From: Trueperaceae bacterium
GTDB lineage: Bacteria; Deinococcota; Deinococci; Deinococcales; Trueperaceae
NCBI GenBank assembly: GCA_965213925.1
Contig: OZ243927.1
Coordinates: forward strand, 3,744,001-3,808,000
Direction of reading: 5' to 3'
DNA length: 64,000 nt
This document shows positions 18,731-29,055 of this stretch, in pieces (positions within the stretch are counted from its first letter, which is position 1; each line of letters starts with the position of its first letter). Below the pieces are notes generated by a model, which searched no databases, had not been told where the DNA came from, and saw only the letters and a list, made by a program, of their open reading frames with translations. Position numbers and translations under genes: made by a program.

Positions 18731-19638
18731 CGGTGCTCTGGTCCGCCCTCCTGTCCCTTTTACTCGTGGGTATCTTTATCCAACTCGCGGGGCGCTACGG
18801 TTGGGGCAAAGGGATACGCCGCGACGGACCCCAGAGCCACCTCAAAAAAGCGGGCACGCCGACGATGGGGGGCGCAGCCTTTCTGCTCGCCGCCTTAGCC
18901 GCGTGGCTCCTCTTCGGCGAGCCGAGCTTCGACGGACTCGCCGTAGTTATGCTGACCTTCGCCGCCGCTCTCTTAGGACTCTACGATGACCTCTTGGCGC
19001 TCCGCCGCAAACGCCGCGCCGCCGCTGGCGAAGACGACACGACAGGGCTTTTAGCGCGTTACCGCTTGCTCATGCAGGGCGCACTCGCCTTCGCGTTTTC
19101 CATTTACGCCGTGCGCGGCGGCTACACGCTCTTCGACATCCAAGTCTTCGACCTCTTGGCGTTCACCTTTATCATCATGGGAACCATCAACGCGGTGAAC
19201 TTCAGCGATGGGCTAGACGGGCTCGCGGGCGGCATGGCCGCGCTCATCTTGCTGCCTTTTATCGGCGTGAGCTTCGTGGCGGCGCTTATCGGTTCGCTTT
19301 TGGGGTTTCTCTGGTACAACGGTTCGCCTGCTCGAGTCTTCATGGGCGGCGTCGGCTCGGAAGGGCTCGGCGCGGCGGTGGCGGGCGTCGCGATTCTCTC
19401 CGGCTGGGTCTGGTGGCTGCCGCTGATCGCGCTCATACCCGTTTTAGAAGTTTTATCCGTCATCATCCAAGTCACGTACTTTCGGGTAACGGGCGGCAAA
19501 CGCTTTTTCAAGATGAGCCCGCTGCACCATCACTTCGAGCTTTCGGGCTGGTCGGAGACGCAAGTCGTGACGCGCTTTTGGCTCGTCACGGCGGTGTGTG
19601 TAGCGGTGGCGTGGGGCTTTCACGGAGGATTAGCGTGA
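18727..19638 (+). CDS. mraY: Phospho-MurNAc-pentapeptide translocase
   Basis: 'KAGTPTMGG', 'NAVNFSDGLDGLA', 'PLHHHFE'. Confidence 0.97.
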   Translation: MTVLWSALLSLLLVGIFIQLAGRYGWGKGIRRDGPQSHLKKAGTPTMGGAAFLLAALAAWLLFGEPSFDGLAVVMLTFAAALLGLYDDLLALRRKRRAAAGEDDTTGLLARYRLLMQGALAFAFSIYAVRGGYTLFDIQVFDLLAFTFIIMGTINAVNFSDGLDGLAGGMAALILLPFIGVSFVAALIGSLLGFLWYNGSPARVFMGGVGSEGLGAAVAGVAILSGWVWWLPLIALIPVLEVLSVIIQVTYFRVTGGKRFFKMSPLHHHFELSGWSETQVVTRFWLVTAVCVAVAWGFHGGLA

Positions 19639-21011
19639 GGGTACTCGTGTACGGTTTAGGACGGAGCGGCGTCTCCGCAGGTAAGCTTTTGCGCTCGCAA
19701 GGTCATGAAGTTATCTATTTTGACGAAAAGGTCGAGATGTTACCTGAACTGGACGCGCTCGGCTGTGAACGTATAAATTCACCTCTCGATACGAAGAGGA
19801 TAGACGTGTGTATCGCCGCTCCCGGCGTCCCTTACGACCATCCCGACTTGGTTGCGCTAAGAGGTCGTGAGATCGAAACGATAGGCGAAGTCGAATGGGT
19901 TTATAGAACGGTGAATGCAGACATCGTCGGCATCACGGGCACGGCGGGCAAAGGAACCGTCACGCGCTGGACGAGTGACGCCCTGCAAGCAGCAGGGTTA
20001 GACGCGCCCGCAGGCGGAAATATCGACCCGGCGCTCTCGGAAGTGGCGGAAGAAGGTAAGACGCTCGTGGCGGAGTTGTCGTCGTTCATGTTGGAGCGCA
20101 CGCCCACGCTCAAGCCTCGCATCGCCGCCGCACTTAACCTAGACGTAGACCACTTAGACCGCCACGGTAGCGTGGCGGCTTATCACGAAGCAAAGCGCAA
20201 CCTCATCAAGAATCTGGACGAAGGCTGTACCTTTATCTACAACGCCGACGATACAAAGCTTCACGCTTGGGCGACCGAGGCGGAGGAAAAAGGCGCTAGT
20301 GTTCTCTCTTTCAGCATCACGCAACTTGCTGACGCTTATCTAACTGACGACACTATTTTTTTAGACGGAGAACCTCTATTGCCCCTCCAAGAATTACAGA
20401 TTAGCGGCTCACACCACTACGCCAACGCGCTCGCCGTGGCGCTTATCTGCCGAGCGAAAGGGTTGACTCGAGACCAGATAAAAGACGGTTTAGTTGCGTT
20501 TGTGGGCATTCCCGGACGTTACAGCTTGGTCAAGACATTGGGCGACGTTCGCTTCATCGAGGATTCGGTTGCGACGCGCTCGCTCGCCGTTCGCGCCGCA
20601 TTAGAAGCGACGCCCGCCCCTGTCGTCTGGCTCGCAGGTGGGCAGGACAAGGGCGCGGACTTCACCGCTTTAGAGCCTCTTATCCGCGCTAAGGTCGCGC
20701 TTTTTGTCGGCATCGGCGCGTCGGGTCGAGCCTTTGCTGAGGCTGTTTCGGATTGGACGCAGACGGTTGTGGTTGAGGCTCGAGATGGACAAGTAGCCAT
20801 GGACCGAGCAGTGCAGCAGGCGTCAGCGTTTTTACAAAATGATCCGGAAGGCGGCACGGTTCTACTCGCACCACTCGCGGCGTCGTTTGACCAATTTAAG
20901 GACTACAAGGCAAGGGCTCAAGCTTTTAGAAACGCCGTTCGTGCGCTGGAAAACAACTTAGGCGCGCCCCAGAACACTTTAGAGGAAGAGGTCTCGTGGA
21001 CCCGCTCCTAG
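19635..21011 (+). CDS. murD: UDP-MurNAc-L-Ala-D-Glu ligase
   Basis: 'GLGRSG', 'ITGTAGKGT', 'ELSSF', 'DHLDRH', 'ASFDQFKDY'; GTG start overlaps the mraY stop. Confidence 0.96.
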   Translation: MRVLVYGLGRSGVSAGKLLRSQGHEVIYFDEKVEMLPELDALGCERINSPLDTKRIDVCIAAPGVPYDHPDLVALRGREIETIGEVEWVYRTVNADIVGITGTAGKGTVTRWTSDALQAAGLDAPAGGNIDPALSEVAEEGKTLVAELSSFMLERTPTLKPRIAAALNLDVDHLDRHGSVAAYHEAKRNLIKNLDEGCTFIYNADDTKLHAWATEAEEKGASVLSFSITQLADAYLTDDTIFLDGEPLLPLQELQISGSHHYANALAVALICRAKGLTRDQIKDGLVAFVGIPGRYSLVKTLGDVRFIEDSVATRSLAVRAALEATPAPVVWLAGGQDKGADFTALEPLIRAKVALFVGIGASGRAFAEAVSDWTQTVVVEARDGQVAMDRAVQQASAFLQNDPEGGTVLLAPLAASFDQFKDYKARAQAFRNAVRALENNLGAPQNTLEEEVSWTRS

Positions 21012-22078
21012 TCTTTACGCAGCTCATCCTCGGTACGCTAGGCGTTTTGGGCGTCGCCACAAGCGCACCCGAGCTGTGGCCCGCGCACCTCTTGCGGGTG
21101 CTCGCGGGGTTGGCGCTCACCGCCCTAGTCTCGCGCATCTCGCCCCAGCGGGTCGTGCGCCTCAGCCCTTACGCCTACGTGAGCGTACTCATCCTCTTGG
21201 CGGCGGTTTTAGTCGTCGGCATCTCGCCCGAAGGCAGCGACGCGAAGCGCTGGCTCGACCTAGGCCTCTTCACGCTACAACCCTCCGAGCTGATGAAAGT
21301 CGCAGTCATCGCCTATCTCACGACCTTCTTCCACAACCATCTGGGCGACTGGCAGATTTGGCGGCCCATGTTCGTCATCGGCCTAGCAGCCGGGCTCATC
21401 GTGGCGGAGCCAGACGTAAGCACGGCGGGTTTTATCTTTTTACTCGCGTTTGCCATTATGTTAGCGGCGGGTACGACGGTCGTGCGGCTTTTAAGCATTA
21501 CGGCGGCGGCGGCGGTCGTTGCGGTGCTTATCGCAGGACCGTACCTCAGCGAATATCCCTACATCGGTGAACGCATAAGGGGCTTCGAGGACCTTTGGGG
21601 AGAGCAAGCGCAGGCGCAGACCGAGAGCTATCAGGCGGTGCAGGCGCAGCGCACGCTCGTTCGCGCCGGGCTTTTCGGCGTCGGGCCCGGCGAAATCATC
21701 CGCGTGCCCGAAGCGGATACGGACATGATCGCGGTTTCGGTGGCGCACGCGCTCGGGCTCTTGGGTGTCGTGACGCTCTTTGCGCTCTATATATTCATCG
21801 CGGTGCGGGGGCTGGGGGTCGCCTCGAGCCTCACCGGACCCGGCTCGCTCTTAGCGGCGGGGGCGACGGCGTATATCTGTGGTCAGGCGGCGCTGAATCT
21901 ACTCGTTGCCAGCGGGCTCGTTCCCGTGACGGGGATTCCCCTACCCTTCGTTTCTTACGGACAAAACAGCCTCTTCTCGGTGGCGATTGCGATGGGCTTT
22001 ATCCACAGCGCCTACCGCATTTCGCAGAATCCTGAGCTGGCAGCGCGGGACGCCGCCAGGAGAGAGGAGACTGCGTGA
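20996..22078 (+). CDS. ftsW: SEDS peptidoglycan polymerase FtsW
   Basis: 'KRWL', 'QPSELMK', 'EPD', 'PVTGIPLPFVSYG'. Confidence 0.95.
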   Translation: MDPLLVFTQLILGTLGVLGVATSAPELWPAHLLRVLAGLALTALVSRISPQRVVRLSPYAYVSVLILLAAVLVVGISPEGSDAKRWLDLGLFTLQPSELMKVAVIAYLTTFFHNHLGDWQIWRPMFVIGLAAGLIVAEPDVSTAGFIFLLAFAIMLAAGTTVVRLLSITAAAAVVAVLIAGPYLSEYPYIGERIRGFEDLWGEQAQAQTESYQAVQAQRTLVRAGLFGVGPGEIIRVPEADTDMIAVSVAHALGLLGVVTLFALYIFIAVRGLGVASSLTGPGSLLAAGATAYICGQAALNLLVASGLVPVTGIPLPFVSYGQNSLFSVAIAMGFIHSAYRISQNPELAARDAARREETA

Positions 22079-23217
22079 ACCGGATTCTTCTCGCTACGGG
22101 CGGCACGGGCGGTCACATCTACCCGGCGCTTGCAACGGCCAAGGAACTCCAAGCTCGAGGCTACGAGGTCGCCTTTACCGGGCAGCGCGGCGGCATGGAG
22201 GCGCGGCTCGTGCCGGAAGCAGGGCTTGAATTTCACGGCGTCCGGGCCGGCAAGTGGCATAGGGGTCGCCCGGACCCGCGTCAGGCGGTACAAGCGGGGC
22301 TAGGGCTGTGGGACGCGGTCAAGGTCGTGCGGGCGCTAAAGCCTTCTATGGTGGTTGGCTTCGGCGGCTTCGCGAGCTTTCCGGGGTTGGCAGCCGCCAC
22401 CGCGCTGCGCGTTCCGGTCGCCCTGCACGAACAAAACGCACTTCCTGGTAAGGTCACACGTTGGTTCTCTCACCGCGCTGTATTTATCGCCACGGCGGAC
22501 GAAGAGGTCGCAGCGCATTTGCCTATGTACGGGAGGAAGCTCGTACAGGTCGGCGTCCCCGTGCGAGAGGTGCGCCTGGATAAGCGTGAAGCGCGGCGTC
22601 AACTCGGTTTTTCCGAAGAGGGTGTGCTCACCCTAGTGATGGGCGGAAGCCAAGGGTCTATCGTTTTGAACGAACACGTGCCGAAAGCGTTCACCGACTT
22701 GCAATCCTCGCCCCGAGAGCCTCTGAGCGTCTTGCACAGCAGCGGCGAGCGCCACCTGGAGAGGGTCAACGTTCTAGCCGAAGGGGTACCCAACTACCGC
22801 GTGGACAGCTTCGTGGACGCTGTGGTAGCCTGGTCTGCGGCGGATTTGGCGATCACGAGAGCGGGCAATGGTACGCTCGCGGAGGCAGCCTTTCACGGGG
22901 TTCCTCTCGTGATGATTCCACTCGCCTCGTCAGCCGAAAACCATCAACTCTATAACGCAAAAGCAGCCGAAGCTGCTGGCGCAGGGCGCGCCTTAGAAGA
23001 GCATGACTTAGGGCGGCTTGCGGCAACGTGGCAGTCCCTTTTGAACCCGGAGACGCGTCAAGCTGCGGGGGAGGCGGCGCGCCGGCGTTCGCCCGAAGGG
23101 GCGGCGGCGCGGCTCGCGCAGCTTATTGAGGCGTCGGTTAAGGCGTTGCCAAACCAAGATTTTCGCACGGACGACGCCTCTCGAGGGGCTGCGGACCGTG
23201 TTCAGGAGCGAGGATGA
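22075..23217 (+). CDS. murG: Lipid II GlcNAc transferase
   Basis: 'GGTGGHIYP', 'HEQN', 'GGSQG', 'HQLYNA'. Confidence 0.97.
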   Translation: MNRILLATGGTGGHIYPALATAKELQARGYEVAFTGQRGGMEARLVPEAGLEFHGVRAGKWHRGRPDPRQAVQAGLGLWDAVKVVRALKPSMVVGFGGFASFPGLAAATALRVPVALHEQNALPGKVTRWFSHRAVFIATADEEVAAHLPMYGRKLVQVGVPVREVRLDKREARRQLGFSEEGVLTLVMGGSQGSIVLNEHVPKAFTDLQSSPREPLSVLHSSGERHLERVNVLAEGVPNYRVDSFVDAVVAWSAADLAITRAGNGTLAEAAFHGVPLVMIPLASSAENHQLYNAKAAEAAGAGRALEEHDLGRLAATWQSLLNPETRQAAGEAARRRSPEGAAARLAQLIEASVKALPNQDFRTDDASRGAADRVQERG

Positions 23218-24587
23218 AGTCTCACTTACATTTTATGGGCATCGGCGGGGTCGGCATGAGCGGCTTAGCCAGGTGGTACGCCGCCGACGGGTACAAGGTT
23301 TCGGGGTGCGACACGAGCCTCGGCGAAGAGGTCGAGTCGCTGCAAAACGAGGGGGTAACCGTTGACTTAGAGCATAACCCCACCCACATCGAAGGTATCG
23401 ACACCCTCATCAGCACGATGGCGGTGCCCGCTACCCATCCCGAAATCGGCGCGGCGAAAGCGCAGGGCAAACGCACGGTGCGGCGCATCGAACTCCTAGC
23501 CGAACTCTTAGCGGAGCATAAGAGCGTTACGGTGACGGGCACGCACGGCAAGAGCACCACGACGGGCATGATTGCCACCCTCTTTTTAGAAGCGGGCACC
23601 GACCCCTCGGTCTTGGTAGGCGGGCAGTTAGACGTGATGGGCGGCAACGTCCGCTATGGACAGGGTGAGCGCCTCATCGCCGAGGTAGACGAGTCGGACC
23701 CTGGTTTTGCTTATTTGCCCTCTGATATTGCCGTCATTACGAACTTGGAAGATGACCACATCGCGGGAGCCTTTTCTGAGCGGCGCAATTATCACGCGAG
23801 CTTAGATGAGCTGGAAAGCGCCACTAAGCGCTTCGCCGAACGCGCCAACCACGTTCTGTACTGCGCGGATTGGGCGAGTTTGGAGCCGCTCTTAAAGATG
23901 GATAACGCGCTCACGTATGGACTCAGCGAGGGAGCGACGTACCGCGCTGAGGTGACAGAACTTAGGGCGATGGGCAGCACGTTCACCCTGCATACACCCG
24001 AGAACTCCGTCGAGGTCAACTTACACGTGCCGGGTGAATACAACGTGCAGAACGCGGCGGCGGCGCTTGCGGCGGCGCATTTGGCGGGGCTCGAGCTAGG
24101 GGCCGCCGCAAAGCACCTGAATACCTTCACGGGCATCGGGCGGCGCTGGCAGCGGCGCGGGAGCGTCCAGGGTGCACTCATTATCGACGACTACGCGCAC
24201 CATCCGACCGAGGTCAGCGTGACGTTAGAGGCTGCTAAGCATACCGGGCGGCGCGTCCGCGCGGTTTTACAGCCCCACCGCTGGGTGCGCACCGCGAGGC
24301 ACTGGCCCGCCCTCGCCGACGCTGCGAGTCTCGCGGATGAAATTATCGTACTTGATATTTACGCCGCCGGGGAAAAAGCTATTCCCGGCATCTCTCCTGA
24401 ACTCATCGTCGAGCAACTCCGCGAGAAGGGCAAAGAGGCGAACTACCACAGCGCCGCCTCAGCGGAGCGTTACCTAGCAGAATCTTTGGAAGAGAACGAT
24501 TTAGTGATTACCCTCGGTGCGGGCGACGTGTGGCGCGTCGCCGAAGGGATCGTGAGGGCGCGCGGGGGTGACGATGAATCCGCCTAA
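23214..24587 (+). CDS. murC: UDP-MurNAc-L-Ala ligase
   Basis: 'GIGGVGMSGLA', 'GTHGKSTTT', 'DDYAHHPTE'. Confidence 0.97.
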   Translation: MKSHLHFMGIGGVGMSGLARWYAADGYKVSGCDTSLGEEVESLQNEGVTVDLEHNPTHIEGIDTLISTMAVPATHPEIGAAKAQGKRTVRRIELLAELLAEHKSVTVTGTHGKSTTTGMIATLFLEAGTDPSVLVGGQLDVMGGNVRYGQGERLIAEVDESDPGFAYLPSDIAVITNLEDDHIAGAFSERRNYHASLDELESATKRFAERANHVLYCADWASLEPLLKMDNALTYGLSEGATYRAEVTELRAMGSTFTLHTPENSVEVNLHVPGEYNVQNAAAALAAAHLAGLELGAAAKHLNTFTGIGRRWQRRGSVQGALIIDDYAHHPTEVSVTLEAAKHTGRRVRAVLQPHRWVRTARHWPALADAASLADEIIVLDIYAAGEKAIPGISPELIVEQLREKGKEANYHSAASAERYLAESLEENDLVITLGAGDVWRVAEGIVRARGGDDESA

Positions 24588-25458
24588 CGCACTTATGAAA
24601 CGCACCCGCTTAGGACCGCTCACAACCCTGGGCGTCGGCGGCGAGGCGGAGCTGTGGGACGTTGGGGATGAAAGAGGTCTGCGTGAAGCTACCGCCGAAC
24701 CCTACCGCGTTTTAGGCGCAGGTTCGAATGTGCTCATCAGTGACGCAGGCGTGCCGGAGCGCGTCATCAAGTTGGGGCGTGCGTATAATACCATCCGCGA
24801 TTTCGGTGGCGCGCGTGACCTCTGGTTGGGCGCGGCGACGCCCCTGCCCGGTCTGGTGCGCCGCGCCACCGACGCAGGGCTCTCCGGTTTAGAACCTCTT
24901 CTCGGCATCCCCGCTGTTTTGGGCGGCGCAATCACTATGAACGCGGGCACGCGCTTCGGCGAGATGTCGGATGTGCTCCAAGCGGTCGAGGTGTTTGTGG
25001 ACGGGGGGCTTCAGCGGCTCGAGGCGGATGCGTTGGGTCTCAGCTACCGCCATAGCCAACTCCCCGAAGGAGCCGTTATCACGAGAGCAAGAATTCGTTT
25101 GACGCCTTCTACGCCCGAGCGCGTCGCCGCGAAAGTTGCGCAAGTGGACGCCGCTCGCAGAGGTCAGCCCAAAATTAAGTCGGCGGGCTGCGCCTTCAAA
25201 AATCCCCCCGGAGACAGCGCCGGTCGGCTCATCGACGTTCACGGACTCAAAGGTCTGCGCGTCGGGAACGCCCAAGTCTCATTCGAGCACGGCAACTTTA
25301 TCGTCAATTTAGGAGGAGCGAGCGCATGTGACGTCATAAAACTTTTAGAAGAGATCAAAGCGGAGGTTGACGTTCCCTTAGAGTCCGAATGGCAACTTTG
25401 GGGCTTTGGCACCCACGCAAGCGAACAGGAGGAAGCGTGCGCCGCCCCCTCATGCTAG
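24574..25458 (+). CDS. murB: UDP-GlcNAc-enolpyruvate reductase
   Basis: 'GAGSN', 'MNAG', 'SAGCAFKNP', 'HGNFIVN'. Confidence 0.96.
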   Translation: MNPPNALMKRTRLGPLTTLGVGGEAELWDVGDERGLREATAEPYRVLGAGSNVLISDAGVPERVIKLGRAYNTIRDFGGARDLWLGAATPLPGLVRRATDAGLSGLEPLLGIPAVLGGAITMNAGTRFGEMSDVLQAVEVFVDGGLQRLEADALGLSYRHSQLPEGAVITRARIRLTPSTPERVAAKVAQVDAARRGQPKIKSAGCAFKNPPGDSAGRLIDVHGLKGLRVGNAQVSFEHGNFIVNLGGASACDVIKLLEEIKAEVDVPLESEWQLWGFGTHASEQEEACAAPSC

Positions 25459-26033
25459 CGCTCCTCGTCGCCCTAGTCGCGCTGCTCGTCACGACGCGCT
25501 TTTACCCGCAGGTCACGCGCGTAGAGGTCTTGGGCGCGTCTCACTACAGCAACGAGGAAATTCTTGCGCTCGCCAACCTAGAGCGCGGCGACCCGCTCCT
25601 GTGGGTCACGAAGTGGCGCAGCGCCCCCTTGGTCCAAGACCCCTGGATACGCCGCGCCCGCATCATCCGTCACTGGCCAGGCACGCTCTCTGTTGCGGTC
25701 TGGGAACGCGAGCCCTTTGCCCGCTTCGGCGAAACGGTCTACGCGCTAGATGGTACAGTGCTCCCTAATGTGTCAACTGAGCAAAAGGATGATTTGGTGA
25801 CCCTGCGTGGCTGGGGTCCAGACCGCACCGAGGAGGCGCTGGCACTCCTAAGGCTCGTCGCACCTTACGAGCCCGAGGTGTTAAGCTACTCGCCGAGCGG
25901 TTTCGACATTCGCTTCTCAGACTCGTCACTTTACACCCCGAGTGTGGACCTCTTGAGGACACACTGGTCGGGTTTCGTGGGTCAGAGCGAGGCGCGGGTC
26001 GCCGTCTACCCCTGGGGAGTGAGCGTACAATGA
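25437..26033 (+). CDS. ftsQ: Cell division protein FtsQ/DivIB
   Basis: TM plus POTRA ('PWIRRARIIRHWPGTLSVAVWER'); AGGAGG before GTG 25437; lies upstream of ftsA. Confidence 0.85.
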   Translation: MRRPLMLALLVALVALLVTTRFYPQVTRVEVLGASHYSNEEILALANLERGDPLLWVTKWRSAPLVQDPWIRRARIIRHWPGTLSVAVWEREPFARFGETVYALDGTVLPNVSTEQKDDLVTLRGWGPDRTEEALALLRLVAPYEPEVLSYSPSGFDIRFSDSSLYTPSVDLLRTHWSGFVGQSEARVAVYPWGVSVQ

Positions 26034-27277
26034 TGGACGAACGTATTGTGGTCGGTTTAGATATCGGCACGACAAAAATCTGCACCGTCATAGGTGAAGT
26101 CGCCTCTGACGGGGTCTTGGACATTATCGGCGAGGGGACCGTCCCGAGTGACGGGCTCCGTAAAGGCGTCGTCGTCAACTTAGAGCGCACCATCGCCTCG
26201 GTGCGGCAGTCCATCGCAGCGGCCGAGCGCGTGGCGGGCGTCGAGGTCGGTGACGCCTGGATCGGGGTGGCGGGAACGCACCTCAAGGCGTTTAATAGCC
26301 ACGGCATGGTCGCTATCCGACGCGGTCAAGAGGTGTCTGGCTCGGACGTCGAGCGCACGGTTGAGAATGCTAGAGCTGTGCCCCTAGAGGCCAACATGGA
26401 CGTCATTCACGTGATTCCTCAGGAATACGTCGTAGACGGTCAGGACGGCATCAAAGACCCGGTGGGGATGAGCGGCGTGAGGCTCGAGGTCCACGTTCAC
26501 ATCGTCGCGGGCGCGCAGGGTCCCTTACAGAACCTTTCTCGCTGCGCCAAGGACGCAGGCGTCAGCGTCGAGGGCATCGTCGTCCAGTCGCTCGCCTCGG
26601 GCTTAGCGGTTTTAGACGACAGCGAAAAGGAACTCACCACCGTTTTAATCGACATCGGCGGCGGCACGACGGATGTAGGCGTCTTTCGGCGCGGCACGCT
26701 CGCGGATTCCTCGGTCATCCCTTTGGGCGGCGACCACATCACCCAAGATATCAGCCAGCTTTTACGCATCCCGCCCGACGAAGCCGAGCGGGTCAAGAAG
26801 AAGTACGGCGTGGCGATTCCTGACCTCGCCGACCGTGAGGTGGCGTTAGAGGTGGCGCACCCGAACTACACCGCGTCCTTGTCCACCTTCGAACTCGCGC
26901 AGGTGATTCGCCCTCGGGTCGTCGAAATCTTAGACCTCGTCAAGCGCTCCATCGAGCAGCGTATGGGCGCGTTGGAACTTCTAGCGGGCAACGTCGTCAT
27001 TACAGGGGGCGCGTCCCTGATGCCAGGGCTAGACCAAGTCGCCACGGAGCGCTTTCGCTTGCCCGTGCGCGTGGGCAAACCCATCAATATTTCCGGTTTG
27101 GACGACGTCGTGGCAAGCCCGGCACACGCCACCGCGGTCGGGTTGGTGCGCTACGGCGTAGAGCACTCCGCTCAGCAAGCGGCGGGCTCAGGCGCGCGGC
27201 GGGTTGGTGGGGGCGGCGAAAGCAGTATCTCAAACTTTTTCAGCAACATCCGCAATTTTCTCAAGGATTTTTTCTAG
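26030..27277 (+). CDS. ftsA: Cell division protein FtsA
   Basis: 'GLDIGTTK', 'DIGGGTTD', 'ITGGAS', C-terminal amphipathic helix. Confidence 0.98.
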   Translation: MMDERIVVGLDIGTTKICTVIGEVASDGVLDIIGEGTVPSDGLRKGVVVNLERTIASVRQSIAAAERVAGVEVGDAWIGVAGTHLKAFNSHGMVAIRRGQEVSGSDVERTVENARAVPLEANMDVIHVIPQEYVVDGQDGIKDPVGMSGVRLEVHVHIVAGAQGPLQNLSRCAKDAGVSVEGIVVQSLASGLAVLDDSEKELTTVLIDIGGGTTDVGVFRRGTLADSSVIPLGGDHITQDISQLLRIPPDEAERVKKKYGVAIPDLADREVALEVAHPNYTASLSTFELAQVIRPRVVEILDLVKRSIEQRMGALELLAGNVVITGGASLMPGLDQVATERFRLPVRVGKPINISGLDDVVASPAHATAVGLVRYGVEHSAQQAAGSGARRVGGGGESSISNFFSNIRNFLKDFF

Positions 27278-27352
27278 TGACTTTTTCTAGGTTTCTAGCT
27301 GCGGATTTTTAGGTGATTTACAAGTGATTTCTTTCCAGTTAAGGAGTGGGCT

Positions 27353-28428
27353 ATGACCATCAGCAGCGCAAACATGGATAACGCCGTCATCAGAGTGATT
27401 GGTCTTGGGGGAGGCGGCAACAACGCCGTCAACCGGATGATCGAAGCGGGGTTGGAGGGCGTGCAGTTCGTCGCCGCGAACACCGACGCGCAAGTTTTAA
27501 CGACGAGCTTAGCGGACACCCGCATCCAGATGGGCGACCACCTCACCAAGGGCTTGGGCGCGGGCGCAAACCCCGAAATCGGCGAGAAAGCTGCGAACGA
27601 AGACCGCGACCGCATCGCCGAGCAAGTGCGCAACTCCGACCTCGTCTTTATCACCGCTGGGATGGGCGGCGGCACGGGTACGGGCAGTGCGCCCGTTGTA
27701 GCAGAAATTGCCCGCGAGCAAGGGGCGCTCACCGTCGCGGTCGTCACGACGCCTTTCAGCTTCGAAGGCCCTAAACGGATGCGCCAAGCGGAAGAAGGCT
27801 TGCGGCGCTTAGAGGACAAAGTCGACGCCCTCATCGTCGTAGAAAACCAGCGCCTCTTGTCCGCGTTAGACCGCAAGGTCAAGCTCACCGACGCTTTTAG
27901 AGTCGCCGACCGCGTGCTGTACTACGGCGTCAAAGGCATCAGCGACGTGATCAACATGTCGGGTCTCATCAACGTGGACTTCGCCGACGTGCGGGCGCTC
28001 CTCTCAGGCGCGGGCACCGTCTTGATGGGCATCGGCACGGGGCGCGGCGAGCAACTCGTGGAAGAGGCGGCGAACAGCGCCACGCACAGCCCGCTTTTGG
28101 CAAGAGGTGTCGAGGGCGCGCACCAACTCCTCATCAACATCACGGGCTCGGAAGAGTTGACCCTTTTCGACGCCCACGAAATCGTCGAGAAGATCAGCGA
28201 AGCCACCGAAGTCGAAGACGTCAACGTGCTCTTCGGCGTCACTTACGACGAGGCAGCCGCCGACGAGGTGCGCGTCACCGTCATCGCCGCAGGCTTCGAC
28301 CACAACCCACAGACCAAGATTTTACGCCCCGCGCAACTTCGCGCCGCAGGTAGTGCGCAGGGCGCTCGTACGACCCGAGCAACTACGACATCCCTGCCTT
28401 CTTGCGCTACAACGCGGACGAGAACTAA
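27353..28428 (+). CDS. ftsZ: Cell division protein FtsZ, with a 1-bp frameshift near 28360
   Basis: 'GGGGNNA', 'GMGGGTGTG', 'INVDFAD'; the conserved tail 'YDIPAFLR' lies in the -1 frame and ends TAA at 28426-28428. Confidence 0.97.
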
Positions 28429-28514
28429 AGGTAGGTGTTAGTGACGAGTGAATCGTGGTTAGTTTTTAGCACATCTTAGCTAACCACTTTACCGCTCATC
28501 ACTTATCACTTTTT

Positions 28515-29039
28515 ATGAAACGAGAGGTCATCTACGACGGCAATATCGTGACCGTCGTCAAGCTAGACAACCATTGGGAAGTCGTCGAGCATACGGCGGC
28601 GGTCTGCGTGCTTGCGCTGCGCGAGGGCGAGAGCGGGCAAGAGGTCTTGGGCGTGGTGCAGCCGCGCCCGGCTATCGGTACGGACACGTGGGAACTGCCA
28701 GCAGGGTTAGTTGAAGAGGGCGAGGAGCCTAAGGACGCCGCGCTGCGTGAATTCGCCGAGGAATGTCAACTCACTGGCGACTTGACCCTTCTGACGCAGG
28801 TGCATTCGAGCCCCGGCTTCTGCACCGAAAAGGCTTACGTTTACGAGGCGACGAATTTGCGGCGCGCCGAAGGTACGCCCGACGCGAGCGAAGACCTCAC
28901 CCTCTCCTGGCGCAATTTGGAAGAGGTCTGGCGAGAGGTCTCGAGCGGTCAAACACAAAGCAGCGCCCACGCCCTAATCGCCCTGACTTACGCCCTCGGG
29001 CGTAACGGAAGCCTGGGCGGAAAGTTACCCAGTTCTTGA
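28515..29039 (+). CDS. NUDIX hydrolase (ADP-ribose pyrophosphatase-like)
   Basis: Nudix box 'ELPAGLVEEGEEPKDAALREFAEE' and 'SPGFCTE'. Confidence 0.92.
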   Translation: MKREVIYDGNIVTVVKLDNHWEVVEHTAAVCVLALREGESGQEVLGVVQPRPAIGTDTWELPAGLVEEGEEPKDAALREFAEECQLTGDLTLLTQVHSSPGFCTEKAYVYEATNLRRAEGTPDASEDLTLSWRNLEEVWREVSSGQTQSSAHALIALTYALGRNGSLGGKLPSS

Positions 29040-29055
29040 ACCCCGGAATTTCTCC

